64,000 nucleotides of DNA. Origin: Candidatus Lustribacter sp. (GTDB taxonomy: Bacteria; Vulcanimicrobiota; Vulcanimicrobiia; Vulcanimicrobiales; Vulcanimicrobiaceae). Location of the stretch: the NCBI GenBank assembly GCA_965277805.1, contig OZ255842.1, positions 5,440,001 through 5,504,000 of the forward strand, in the 5' to 3' direction. The notes under the pieces are model-generated. The model was not told the DNA's origin, ran no database searches, and saw only the letters and a list, made by a program, of their open reading frames with translations. Every line of letters starts with the position of its first letter. Position 1 is the stretch's first letter. A program made the translations under genes and the position numbers. Below, one piece after another: positions 1 through 8,537 of the stretch.

Positions 1-95
1 GGGTCGGGGCGGAATGGCGCTCGAGTGGCATGGTGTGGACTGCTTTTGTCTGGCCTCCTCAACCATTCCCTCGCGCCGGCAATTATGTGGGGCCG

Positions 96-1778
96 ATGCT
101 GCTCGAGGCGGATGTGCTCGTGATCGGCGCCGGGGCCGCCGGTCTCATGGCAGCGCGCGCTGCCGCCGCGGCCGGCGCGTCGGTCGTGATCGCGGACAAG
201 AGCATCATCGGCCGGGGCGGCGCCACCATCATGGCCCAGATGACCACCGCCGTGGCCCTCGGAGCTGCCGAGCCGGATTCGGTCGAGCTGCACGCGCTCG
301 ACACGTGGGAGGGCAGCCGTGATCTCGGCGACCACGCGATTATCGACGTCATCTGCACGCGCGCGCCCGATGTGATTCGTGAAGTCGAAGGCTACGGTGC
401 GAATTGGGCGCGCACGGCCGACGGCAGCTACAGCCAAGTGTTCGCACCCGGACACTCGCGCAAACGCTGCGTGTACGTCGACGTGCTGCGCACCGGCGAT
501 GCGGTTTCGCAAGCGTTGCGCAGCGTCGTGCGCCGCGACGGCAACGTCGTGCGCCTCTCCAACGTGATGCTCACGAAGCTTGCGAAAGACGCCGATCGCG
601 TTACCGGCGCGCTCGGCTTCGCGATCGAGCAACTCGAACCGGTGGGCATCGCGGCAAAGACCACGATCGTCGCGACCGGCGGGCTCACGTTCCTCTACGC
701 GCGCAACAGCGCATCGGCGAATATGACCGGCGACGGTTTTCTGCTCGCCGCCGAAGCGGGTGCGACGCTGCGCGACATGGAGATGGTGCAGTTCTTTCCG
801 ATCGCGCACCTGTATCCGCCGCTGGTGCAACTCGATCCGATCATGTGGGATCCGTTTCGCTACAAGCTCGGCGGCCGTTTGCTCAACGGCAACGGCGAAG
901 AATTTCTCGGCGAGAGCGGTGATGCGTCGGGCGCGTACACGACGCCGCGCGATACCGCCACGTACAAGATCTTTCGCGAAGTCGAAGCGGGCCGCGGCTC
1001 GCCGCACGGCGGCGCGTATCTCGATTTCCGGATGATCGGCGCGGACGCACTCAAGGCCGGTTTCGGACCCGTCATCGACATCCTCGCGCGTCAGGGCATC
1101 GATCTTACGCGCGACATGGTCGAGGTGTCGCCGATGGCGCACTTCATGCTCGGGGGCATCGCGGTGGACGCGTCGATGCAGACCGGCGTCGAAGGACTGC
1201 TCGCCTGCGGTGAAGCGATCGCCGGCATGCACGGCGCCAATCGCCTCTCGGGCAATGCGATCACCGAGGCGCTCGTCACGGGCCGCATCGCGGGCGAAAT
1301 GGCCGCCGCACGCCAAGCAATCGCGCGCACCTCGATCGAAGCGGCGCTGGCGGAAGAGTGGGCGCAGCTGAAGGCGCTGTGGCATCCGCGCGCGGTTTCG
1401 CGCGACGATGGGCCGGTCGATGCGTTGAAGGCGCGCTTGCAGCAGACGATGTGGGACAACGCGGGACCGCTGCGTACCGGTCCGCAGCTCGAACGCGCGC
1501 TGGCCGACATCCGCGCGCTCGAAGCGGAGAGCGCCGGGCTCGCGCTGGCGCCGGTCGAGGCGTTCGCCTTGAATCTGCAAGAACGCGTGGAATTGCGGAT
1601 CATGCTGGCGGTGGCGGAGTCTATCGTGCTGCCGGCGCTCGAGCGGCGCGAATCGCGCGGCGCGCACGTGCGGCTCGACTTTCCCGAACAAGATGCCGCC
1701 ACGGTCGCGCACATCCTCGCGCGCAGCGACGAGCGCTGGACGATGACCTCGCGCGAAACCGCGGCGGCTTCGGCATGA
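96..1778 (+). CDS. SdhA/FrdA/NadB-family FAD-dependent oxidoreductase (flavoprotein subunit)
   Basis: Rossmann motif VLVIGAGAAG, ATGG, TGDG, HFMLGG, HGANRL and C-terminal RRESRGAH. Likely start is ATG at 96 (ORF track starts at 30). Confidence 0.9.
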   Translation: MLLEADVLVIGAGAAGLMAARAAAAAGASVVIADKSIIGRGGATIMAQMTTAVALGAAEPDSVELHALDTWEGSRDLGDHAIIDVICTRAPDVIREVEGYGANWARTADGSYSQVFAPGHSRKRCVYVDVLRTGDAVSQALRSVVRRDGNVVRLSNVMLTKLAKDADRVTGALGFAIEQLEPVGIAAKTTIVATGGLTFLYARNSASANMTGDGFLLAAEAGATLRDMEMVQFFPIAHLYPPLVQLDPIMWDPFRYKLGGRLLNGNGEEFLGESGDASGAYTTPRDTATYKIFREVEAGRGSPHGGAYLDFRMIGADALKAGFGPVIDILARQGIDLTRDMVEVSPMAHFMLGGIAVDASMQTGVEGLLACGEAIAGMHGANRLSGNAITEALVTGRIAGEMAAARQAIARTSIEAALAEEWAQLKALWHPRAVSRDDGPVDALKARLQQTMWDNAGPLRTGPQLERALADIRALEAESAGLALAPVEAFALNLQERVELRIMLAVAESIVLPALERRESRGAHVRLDFPEQDAATVAHILARSDERWTMTSRETAAASA

Positions 1779-2089
1779 GCGGAACGACGACGACGCTCGC
1801 GATCGCGCGCGCCGTTCCGGGCGGCGAGCCGTGCGTCGAAGAGTTCGTCGTGCCGTACGAAGACGGGCTCACGCTGCTCGACGCGATCATCTGGATCCGC
1901 CGTCATCACGATCCGTCGCTGGCGGTGCGTTTCTCGTGCAAGGCCAATGCCTGTAAGGAATGTTCCGCCCTCATCGACGGCAAGCCAGGCTTTTTGTGCG
2001 CTCAGCGCGCAGTGCCCGATGCAACAGCGCGAATCGGACCGCTGCCCAAACCGCGCTTGATCCGCGACCTCGTGACCGAACTGTACTGA
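1775..2089 (+). CDS. Short SdhB/FrdB N-terminal-like [2Fe-2S] protein (104 aa), lacking the 4Fe-4S/3Fe-4S domain
   Basis: ATGA overlap with the upstream stop; DPSLAVRFSCKANACKECS...C motif and a PLP..IRDLV terminus typical of the SdhB 2Fe-2S domain; stop at 2089. Confidence 0.85.
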   Translation: MSGTTTTLAIARAVPGGEPCVEEFVVPYEDGLTLLDAIIWIRRHHDPSLAVRFSCKANACKECSALIDGKPGFLCAQRAVPDATARIGPLPKPRLIRDLVTELY

Positions 2090-2105
2090 TGGAGACGAGC
2101 GAGTA

Positions 2106-3557
2106 ATGCCGAAAAACCTGCGCACGTTCATGCGCGATGCCGTCGAGCGCTTTCCCGGTTCGATCAAAGTGATCGACGTGCCGGTCGAGCGGCGCTTCGG
2201 TATCACCGCGTATGCGGCGAAGCTCGCGCAGACCGGCGAGTACAAAGGTCTGCTCTTCAACAACGTGATCGGATCGCGGTTTCCGGTTGTGACCAACCTG
2301 ATGTCGAGCTACGACCGCATGGCGATGGCGATGAACTGCGGGATCGAAGAGCTGCCGCAAGTCTACGGCACCCGCGTGAAGAAACCGATCGCGCCGGTGA
2401 TCGTCGCGCGCGACGCCGCGCCGGTGAAAGACGTCGTGATGCGCGCCGACATCGACCTTGCGACCTTGCCGATCCCGGTGCACAACGCGCTCGACGGCGG
2501 GCCGTACCTCACCGCCGCCGCAACCGTCATGCGCGATCCCGAAACGGGCGCGCAGAACGTCGGCATCTACCGCCATCACGTGTTCAACAAGACCGAGATG
2601 GGCGTGTGGTTCTTCGGCAGCCATCACGGCAGCGACATCGTCGGGCGCTACGAGCGGCGGGGTGAGCGCACGCCGTTCGCGATCGCGATCGGCCACCATC
2701 CGGCGTTTTTGATGGGTGCGGCCGCGCGTTTGCCCGGCATCGGCGGCGAATACGATGCGGCCGGCGCGCTGCTCGGCGAGCCGGTCGAATTGGTCGAAGC
2801 CGAAACCTCCGATCTGATGGTGCCCGCGCAAGCGGAATTCATCATCGAAGGCTACATCGCGCCCGGGCAGCTCCGGCGCGAAGGGCCGTTCGGCGAGTGG
2901 CCCGGCCACTACCTGAACGAAGAAGACGTGCCGATCATGACCGTCACCGCGATCACGCACCGGCGCGATGCGATCTTTCAGGACATCATCGGCGCGGGCC
3001 GCGAGCATTTGCTCATGGGCGGCATTCCGCGTGCCGGCAGCATCTATCGCAGCGTGAAGGACGTCGTTCCCGACGTCGTCGCGGTCAACGTGCCGCCGCA
3101 TAGCCGGATGCACTGCTACGTATCGATCAAACGCCGGCACAACGTCGATGCGAAGCGCGCGGCGTTTGCGGCGCTGAATACCGAGCCCGAGAATTTGCGC
3201 GCCGTAATCGTCGTCGATGACGACATCAACGTCTACGACGACGGTGACGTGCTGTGGGCGGTGGGGACGCGTTTCGACGCCACGCGCGATCTCACGATCG
3301 TGCAGGGTTGGAGCGGGCCCGGCGGATTATTGCCGACCAACTGGGAGTACTTCGCTGACGGAACCAAGACGGCGCGGGCTTCGAGTGCGATCATCATCGA
3401 CGCTACGAAGCCGCCGCCACCGGTACCGTATCCCCCGCGCACGCAAGTTCCGGACGACGAAGTGAATCGTGTCGATCTCGGAACGATGAGCGATCTCACC
3501 GGGGCAAACCCATACCTGCGCGCCGCTGAGGAAGCGGCGCGCGTAGGTTTGGTTTAG
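2106..3557 (+). CDS. UbiD-family (prFMN-dependent) decarboxylase
   Basis: DGGPY, NVGIYR, EGPFGEW, VVDDDI and IIIDATKP motifs. Confidence 0.92.
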   Translation: MPKNLRTFMRDAVERFPGSIKVIDVPVERRFGITAYAAKLAQTGEYKGLLFNNVIGSRFPVVTNLMSSYDRMAMAMNCGIEELPQVYGTRVKKPIAPVIVARDAAPVKDVVMRADIDLATLPIPVHNALDGGPYLTAAATVMRDPETGAQNVGIYRHHVFNKTEMGVWFFGSHHGSDIVGRYERRGERTPFAIAIGHHPAFLMGAAARLPGIGGEYDAAGALLGEPVELVEAETSDLMVPAQAEFIIEGYIAPGQLRREGPFGEWPGHYLNEEDVPIMTVTAITHRRDAIFQDIIGAGREHLLMGGIPRAGSIYRSVKDVVPDVVAVNVPPHSRMHCYVSIKRRHNVDAKRAAFAALNTEPENLRAVIVVDDDINVYDDGDVLWAVGTRFDATRDLTIVQGWSGPGGLLPTNWEYFADGTKTARASSAIIIDATKPPPPVPYPPRTQVPDDEVNRVDLGTMSDLTGANPYLRAAEEAARVGLV

Positions 3558-3889
3558 GAGGCCTTTTTCTCGGCGGCAGCCGCGTCGGCGGCAGCCTTCT
3601 TGCCTTGCTCGATCAGGGCTTTGACCTTCTGGCCGCCCTTTTGGCCGATCTCTTCGTAAAAAGCCGGGCCGTAACGGTCGCGAGTGGCCTCGCCGCCTTT
3701 TTTGCCGCCTTTTTTACCGATGGCCTCGTAGAAAGCGTGGCCGTGAGCCTTTTTCGTAGCCTGACCACCCTTGCGGCCGATCATCTCGTAAAATTCGGGG
3801 CCATACTTTTTCTTGACGGTCTCGCCGCCTTTTTGACCGGCTTCGCGGACGCTCATGCCGGGTTTACGCTCTGGAGTGGGGGTGGACAT
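3554..3889 (-). CDS. KGG-repeat general stress protein (GsiB/Em-like hydrophilin)
   Basis: Repeated FYExIG(R/K/Q)KGG units and MSVREAGQKGG. Confidence 0.88.
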   Translation of the reverse strand: MSTPTPERKPGMSVREAGQKGGETVKKKYGPEFYEMIGRKGGQATKKAHGHAFYEAIGKKGGKKGGEATRDRYGPAFYEEIGQKGGQKVKALIEQGKKAAADAAAAEKKAS

Positions 3890-4061
3890 GACGGGAACCT
3901 CGTTCGTTTCTAGATTTGGACCTATCGGAAGTAACGTAAGCGGTCACTCGAAAGTTGTGCCCAGGGCCCTCAAGTTTGCAAAGCTTCCGCTTGACTTGGC
4001 TGGCGGGGCGCTTCGAGGGGTGGGCCGCTCGGCTACCCTTCGGTTGGATAGCCGTACGACT

Positions 4062-4085
4062 GTACCCAATTATCGGCTCTTGAAC
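4062..4085 (-). promoter_or_regulatory. Putative SigB/SigF-type promoter upstream of the KGG gene
   Basis: Minus strand reads GTTCAA-N12-GGGTAC, resembling the SigB consensus GTTTAA-N12-14-GGGTAT. Confidence 0.5.
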
Positions 4086-4130
4086 TACTGCTTTTCTATC
4101 CGCCTTACGGCAGATAGTCGCAGATCGAGC

Positions 4131-5234
4131 TCAATGACGGGCGAGCAGCGTCCAAATCCGCCGGCGGCCGGCGAACACGAGGGCTCCGGCGGCCAGCATG
4201 GCCCCCACGAGCGTGAGAAGCATGATGGGGGAGAACCCGCTGGCGAGCGCCGCGCCGCAGGTCCGCACCACCCCGCCGAAGAGCCGCAGGGCAAAGCGAG
4301 CCAGCGGATTGGCCGGCAGCGTGGCGATCGAGCGCGCCTCAGCCGCGACTTCGGCTGCGGTCCAATCGTTGCCGGCGAACGTATTCTCAAGGAAGCCGTC
4401 GCGAGCGATCAGGACCGCCTCGGTATGAAGGATGAGCCCGGGCCGCGGCCGGTCCACGTAGAGGCCCGACCGCTCGGCAAAGGCGGCGATCGAGGCCGGC
4501 GCACCCGTCGCCAAGGTCCAGCGGTCACCGTCGGCGCCCGCCGCCCGGCCGTAGGCGCGCAGGACGGCCGGCGTATCGTAGGCCGGGTCGAGGGTGATCT
4601 CGAGCAGCCGGACCGGGGTGTCGCGCAGCAGGGTCGCCATGCGCCCGAACTTCGCGGTCACGAGCGGGCACATCGACGGATCCGGACAGCGGGTGTAGAT
4701 GAACGATAGCACCGTCACGCCGTGCTGCAGATCCACGCCGGCGCCGTTCATGTCGACCAGCGGCGGTGCGGCGAGGGCATCGGTGCTGCGCGCGTCGGCA
4801 TTGAAGGCCGAGCCCGCAGTGCGGCCGCTGATCCGGAACGGCACGTCCACCTCGTTTTGATCGCCGGCGGTGTTACGCGCAATCACGTGCAGCGTGTAGG
4901 GCCGCACCATGAGCGCGGGCACGTCGATCACGTGGAAATGAAAGTGAAATCGGCCCGGCTGTGAGCGAGGGGCCGAAAAATCGAAGAGGTTGGTGCCGAT
5001 TTCGAGGCTCGCGGTATTGGTGGTGGTAACGACGTCGCCGTCCCAGTCCGTGCCGGCTCGCACGTCGAGACTCGAGAAACGCAGTGCCTGGATTGCGGGC
5101 CGCGCGGCCACGCTCGAGGGATGTGGAGCGGGCCAATTCTTGGGCGTGCCGGCCGCGACGAAGAGCGAGTTCGGCTTCGGCGGCAGGGCTTGAACGCATC
5201 CGGCGAGGACGACACTCGCAATGAGCGCGGTCAT
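4131..5234 (-). CDS. Lipoprotein with N-terminal beta-rich domain fused to an SCO1/SenC copper-chaperone domain and a C-terminal TM anchor
   Basis: Lipobox LAGC after ATG at 5234; FIYTRCPDPSMCP, ITLDPAYDTP, W..ATG and ILH motifs of Sco; hydrophobic C-terminus. Start uncertain. Confidence 0.8.
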   Translation of the reverse strand: MTALIASVVLAGCVQALPPKPNSLFVAAGTPKNWPAPHPSSVAARPAIQALRFSSLDVRAGTDWDGDVVTTTNTASLEIGTNLFDFSAPRSQPGRFHFHFHVIDVPALMVRPYTLHVIARNTAGDQNEVDVPFRISGRTAGSAFNADARSTDALAAPPLVDMNGAGVDLQHGVTVLSFIYTRCPDPSMCPLVTAKFGRMATLLRDTPVRLLEITLDPAYDTPAVLRAYGRAAGADGDRWTLATGAPASIAAFAERSGLYVDRPRPGLILHTEAVLIARDGFLENTFAGNDWTAAEVAAEARSIATLPANPLARFALRLFGGVVRTCGAALASGFSPIMLLTLVGAMLAAGALVFAGRRRIWTLLARH

Positions 5235-6366
5235 CAGCCGCCCGGAAGCACCGAGGACGGTTTCCCAGAATCGGGTCGGACCGGCACCGCCCAATGCGAC
5301 GGTCGACTTACTTGTCGGTGTCGTGGGCTTGTGGCTCGCAGCGGGATTTTTGCTGGACAGTTGGGCCCATCTCCACGTCCCCGTCGAAACGTTCTTCACC
5401 CCCTACCATGCAACGTTTTATAGTGCGATGGTCGCGGGCTCGATCATTGTGCTGGTCTTCGCGCGGCGGAATTTAGCCCTCGGATTCACCGGAATGAACG
5501 CGTTGCCTGCCGCGTACCAAACCGCCCTATGGGGCATTCCGATCTTTTTCCTGGGCGGCGTCGGCGATTTGATTTGGCACACGTTCTTCGGCGTCGAGGA
5601 TCGCGTCGAGGCGGTGACGAGTCCGACTCATCTGATCATCGGTCTCGGCGTGCTGCTGGTGGTCGGGGCGCCGATCCGTTCCGCGTTGGCACAGCGAACG
5701 ATGCTGGTCACGTTGCGTTCGCAGTTGCCGCTGCTGTTTGCGCTCGCGACGTGGCTCGAATTCATCCATCTGGGGACGGCTTACGCATTCGATCCCGGAG
5801 CGGCGCAGCTCTACGCGCCGCCCGACGGCGCCGCGTACAGTCCCGATTATTTCACCAACACGACTTTCGTCTTGTTCAAAACCGGTTCCGGAATCGCGAT
5901 CGTCATTTTGCAATCGCTGATCTTGATGGGCGTGTGCGTTTGGGCAGTGGCGCGTTTCCGTTTGCGTCCGGGTGCGCTGACGATCCTGTTCGTGCTGGCC
6001 AACGGCATGATCGCCGCCGCGCTGACCAACGACACAATGATCCTCGCGACGTACCTCGTGATGAGCGTCGCGGCCGGGGCTGCCGGCGATCTCATTATCG
6101 CGCGGCTGCATCCCTCGCGGTCGCGGCCCATCGCGTTCGGCTTGTTCGGAGCAGTTGTGCCCGGCGTCTATTATGGAACGTACTTTCTCTTCACGGCGCT
6201 GACCGGCGGCGTCTGGTGGAGTTGGACCCTCACGCTCGGTGCAATCGTCTGGGCGATGCTCTGCGGGCTGGCACTCACGCTACTTGCTGGCGGGCGTGAG
6301 GGGACCCCGGCGCTGCCCGTGCCCGAAGGTAACGCAGCCTTTACAACTCCTCCCGTCTCCTTGTAG
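5221..6366 (+). CDS. Polytopic membrane protein with two PmoC/AmoC-like D-x3-H...PxH metal-binding motifs
   Basis: About 10 hydrophobic segments; D46-x3-H50-x12-H63 (DSWAH...FTPYH) and D116-x3-H120...H137 (DLIWHTFF...SPTH). The gene itself is well supported; the function is inferred. Confidence 0.8.
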   Translation: MSAVISRPEAPRTVSQNRVGPAPPNATVDLLVGVVGLWLAAGFLLDSWAHLHVPVETFFTPYHATFYSAMVAGSIIVLVFARRNLALGFTGMNALPAAYQTALWGIPIFFLGGVGDLIWHTFFGVEDRVEAVTSPTHLIIGLGVLLVVGAPIRSALAQRTMLVTLRSQLPLLFALATWLEFIHLGTAYAFDPGAAQLYAPPDGAAYSPDYFTNTTFVLFKTGSGIAIVILQSLILMGVCVWAVARFRLRPGALTILFVLANGMIAAALTNDTMILATYLVMSVAAGAAGDLIIARLHPSRSRPIAFGLFGAVVPGVYYGTYFLFTALTGGVWWSWTLTLGAIVWAMLCGLALTLLAGGREGTPALPVPEGNAAFTTPPVSL

Positions 6367-6401
6367 GCCCCCATCGCCCGCACTCGAACGTGGGAGGGCG
6401 T

Positions 6402-6962
6402 ATGGCCTGGCGGGTGCTGGTCGCGGACGACGACCCTGAGATTTGCACGCTCATCAAAACGATCTTACGCAACGCGTCGTTCGAAGTCTCGGTTTGCCCT
6501 GACGCCGAAAGCGCGCTCGTTCATCTGCAGCGCGACAAGGCCTACGATATTCTGATCAGCGACTTCATGCTGCCGGGCATCTCGGGCATCGAGTTGATCA
6601 CGATGGTTCGCGCGAACCCGCAGACCGCGCGTTTGCCGATTTTGATGATCAGCGGTCACAGCAACTACGCCATGGACGCGCGCGCGAAGAGTGCCGGCGC
6701 CGATCATTTTCTCAACAAGCCGTTCACGCTCACGCAGTTGCGTTCGACCGTGACCGCGCTCGCATCGAAGTACCGTCCGTTGACGGAAGCGGAAGAAGCG
6801 AAGATCGCGGCCGGCAAAGCCCCCGGCGCCGCCCCGCCCGCTGCGCCGCAAGCGCAAGCGCCGACACGGGTCGTCGGTACTCCCGGCCGGCCCGACACGA
6901 TCAAGGTGACGTCGACTGCGCCGCTCACCGATGCGAAGAACAGCGGATCCGACTCGCACTGA
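6402..6962 (+). CDS. Response regulator receiver (CheY-like) with a Pro/Ala-rich C-terminal tail
   Basis: VLVADDD, ISDFMLPGISG, MISG and KPF motifs; ATG at 6402 preceded by GGAGG. Confidence 0.9.
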   Translation: MAWRVLVADDDPEICTLIKTILRNASFEVSVCPDAESALVHLQRDKAYDILISDFMLPGISGIELITMVRANPQTARLPILMISGHSNYAMDARAKSAGADHFLNKPFTLTQLRSTVTALASKYRPLTEAEEAKIAAGKAPGAAPPAAPQAQAPTRVVGTPGRPDTIKVTSTAPLTDAKNSGSDSH

Positions 6963-6984
6963 TCGCTAGACGGCGCGGTATCGC

Positions 6985-7554
6985 ATGACCGCCGCCGCAC
7001 TCTTTAAAGTCGTGCTGGTGGCGATGTCGCTCGGGCTCGACGTTTTCGCCGTGTCGATCGGCGTCGGCATGCGCGGTTTGCCGCGCGGCGTGAAGTTCCG
7101 CATCGGCGCGGCGTTTGCGGCGGCCGAAGTTTCGATGACCGTCATCGGCGCCGGCATCGGGCAGGTCGCGGGCGCGTTGCTCGGCGACATCGCGGGCTAT
7201 ATCGGCTTTGCCGCCCTGATCGGCGTCGGCATCTACATGGTGATCGAATCGCTGCGCGAGAGCGAGGCGGGTGGATTCGATCTCTCACGCGGCTGGGGCT
7301 TGCTCTTGGGGGCGGTCTCGATCAGCCTCGACTCGCTCGGCATCGGCTTCTCGATCCTTTTCATCGGGGTCCCGCTCGCCGTTTCGCTCGTTTGTATCGC
7401 CGTCGTGGCGGTGACCTCCACGACCCTGGGCCTCACCCTCGGCCGGGCGCTCGGCGCGCGCGCGGAAGCGGCGGCTGCGACGTGGGGCGGCGTCATCCTC
7501 ATCGCGACCGGCGTCGCGTTTGCGGCGCTGAAGTTGTTCTCCGCCAAACTGTAG
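6985..7554 (+). CDS. mntP: Manganese efflux pump MntP family
   Basis: Duplicated SLGLDVFAV / SISLDSLGIG motifs and six TM segments. Confidence 0.85.
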   Translation: MTAAALFKVVLVAMSLGLDVFAVSIGVGMRGLPRGVKFRIGAAFAAAEVSMTVIGAGIGQVAGALLGDIAGYIGFAALIGVGIYMVIESLRESEAGGFDLSRGWGLLLGAVSISLDSLGIGFSILFIGVPLAVSLVCIAVVAVTSTTLGLTLGRALGARAEAAAATWGGVILIATGVAFAALKLFSAKL

Positions 7555-7565
7555 AAGCGGCTCGC

Positions 7566-8537
7566 GTGCTCACGTTCGTGGTCCGGCGCATTTTGCAGAG
7601 CATTCCGCTGCTGTTGCTGATCTCGATGATCCTGTTCGGCATCATAAGTGAGGCCCCGGGCGGTCCGCTCACGCCGTACTTGCAGAATCCGCACATCACC
7701 GAAGCCGATATCATCCGGCTCAAGCACAACTTGGGCTTGGACCAGCCGGTGCCGATCCAGTACTTGCACTGGCTCGGGCAAGTGCTGCACGGCGACTTCG
7801 GTTACTCGATGTCCAACTCGGAACCCACCATCACGGCCGTCACCGAGCGCATTCCGATCTCGCTGCAGCTGATGGGCAGCGCGATCGGCGTCGCGCTGAT
7901 CCTGGGAGTCATCTTCGGCATCATTTCGGCCGTGAAGCAGTACACGTGGGTCGATTTTCTCATCACGACGCTCGCGTTTTTCGGCCAAGCGATGCCGGTG
8001 TTTTGGTTTGCGCTCATCCTGCAGCTGGTGTTTTCCGTCCAAGGGTTCACCGGTTTCGGATGGCATGTGGCGCTGCCGTCGGCGGGCATCAGTTCGAGCG
8101 ATACCTTCGATCTCGGCGACCGCATCCAGCACCTGATCTTGCCCGTCATCGTGCTGTCGCTGGCGTATCTCGCGCTCTTCAGCCGCTTCATGCGCTCGTC
8201 GATGCTCGAGGTCATTCATTCGGATTACGTGCGCACGGCATCGGCAAAAGGCCTGACTCGATTCGCCGTCATCATGCGGCACGCGTTCCGCAACGCCCTC
8301 ATTCCGATCGTCACGATTGCGGCCCTCACGGTGCCCGATCTCGTGGGCGGGGCGGTCATCACGGAGAAAATCTTCGCCATTCCCGGCATGGGCAATCTGT
8401 TCATCAACGCGCTCGGGCAGTTCGACTTCGCCGTTCTGATGGCGTTCATGTGCCTCACGGCCGTGTTCGTCGTGCTCGCGAACTTGCTCGCCGACGTGTG
8501 CTACGCGTGGCTCGATCCGCGGGTGAAGTACAGCTAG
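7566..8537 (+). CDS. Peptide/nickel ABC transporter permease (OppB/DppB-like)
   Basis: GLDQP..QY, GDFGYS, RSSMLEV..SDYVRTA.AKGL, HAFRNALIP; GTG start at 7566. Confidence 0.92.
   Translation: MLTFVVRRILQSIPLLLLISMILFGIISEAPGGPLTPYLQNPHITEADIIRLKHNLGLDQPVPIQYLHWLGQVLHGDFGYSMSNSEPTITAVTERIPISLQLMGSAIGVALILGVIFGIISAVKQYTWVDFLITTLAFFGQAMPVFWFALILQLVFSVQGFTGFGWHVALPSAGISSSDTFDLGDRIQHLILPVIVLSLAYLALFSRFMRSSMLEVIHSDYVRTASAKGLTRFAVIMRHAFRNALIPIVTIAALTVPDLVGGAVITEKIFAIPGMGNLFINALGQFDFAVLMAFMCLTAVFVVLANLLADVCYAWLDPRVKYS

Noticed and set aside
96-2089. Canonical succinate dehydrogenase sdhAB
   Set aside because: No covalent-FAD His, altered QFHP, truncated Fe-S subunit and no membrane anchors.
3855-4709. 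284-aa plus-strand ORF
   Set aside because: Antisense to the Sco gene and runs through a structured intergenic region; no recognisable motifs.
5221-6366. Calling the organism a methane or ammonia oxidiser
   Set aside because: Only motif-level PmoC resemblance; no pmoA/pmoB in the window; similarity unverified by search.
6963-6984. yybP-ykoY manganese riboswitch upstream of mntP
   Set aside because: Only 22 nt intergenic; no recognisable aptamer.
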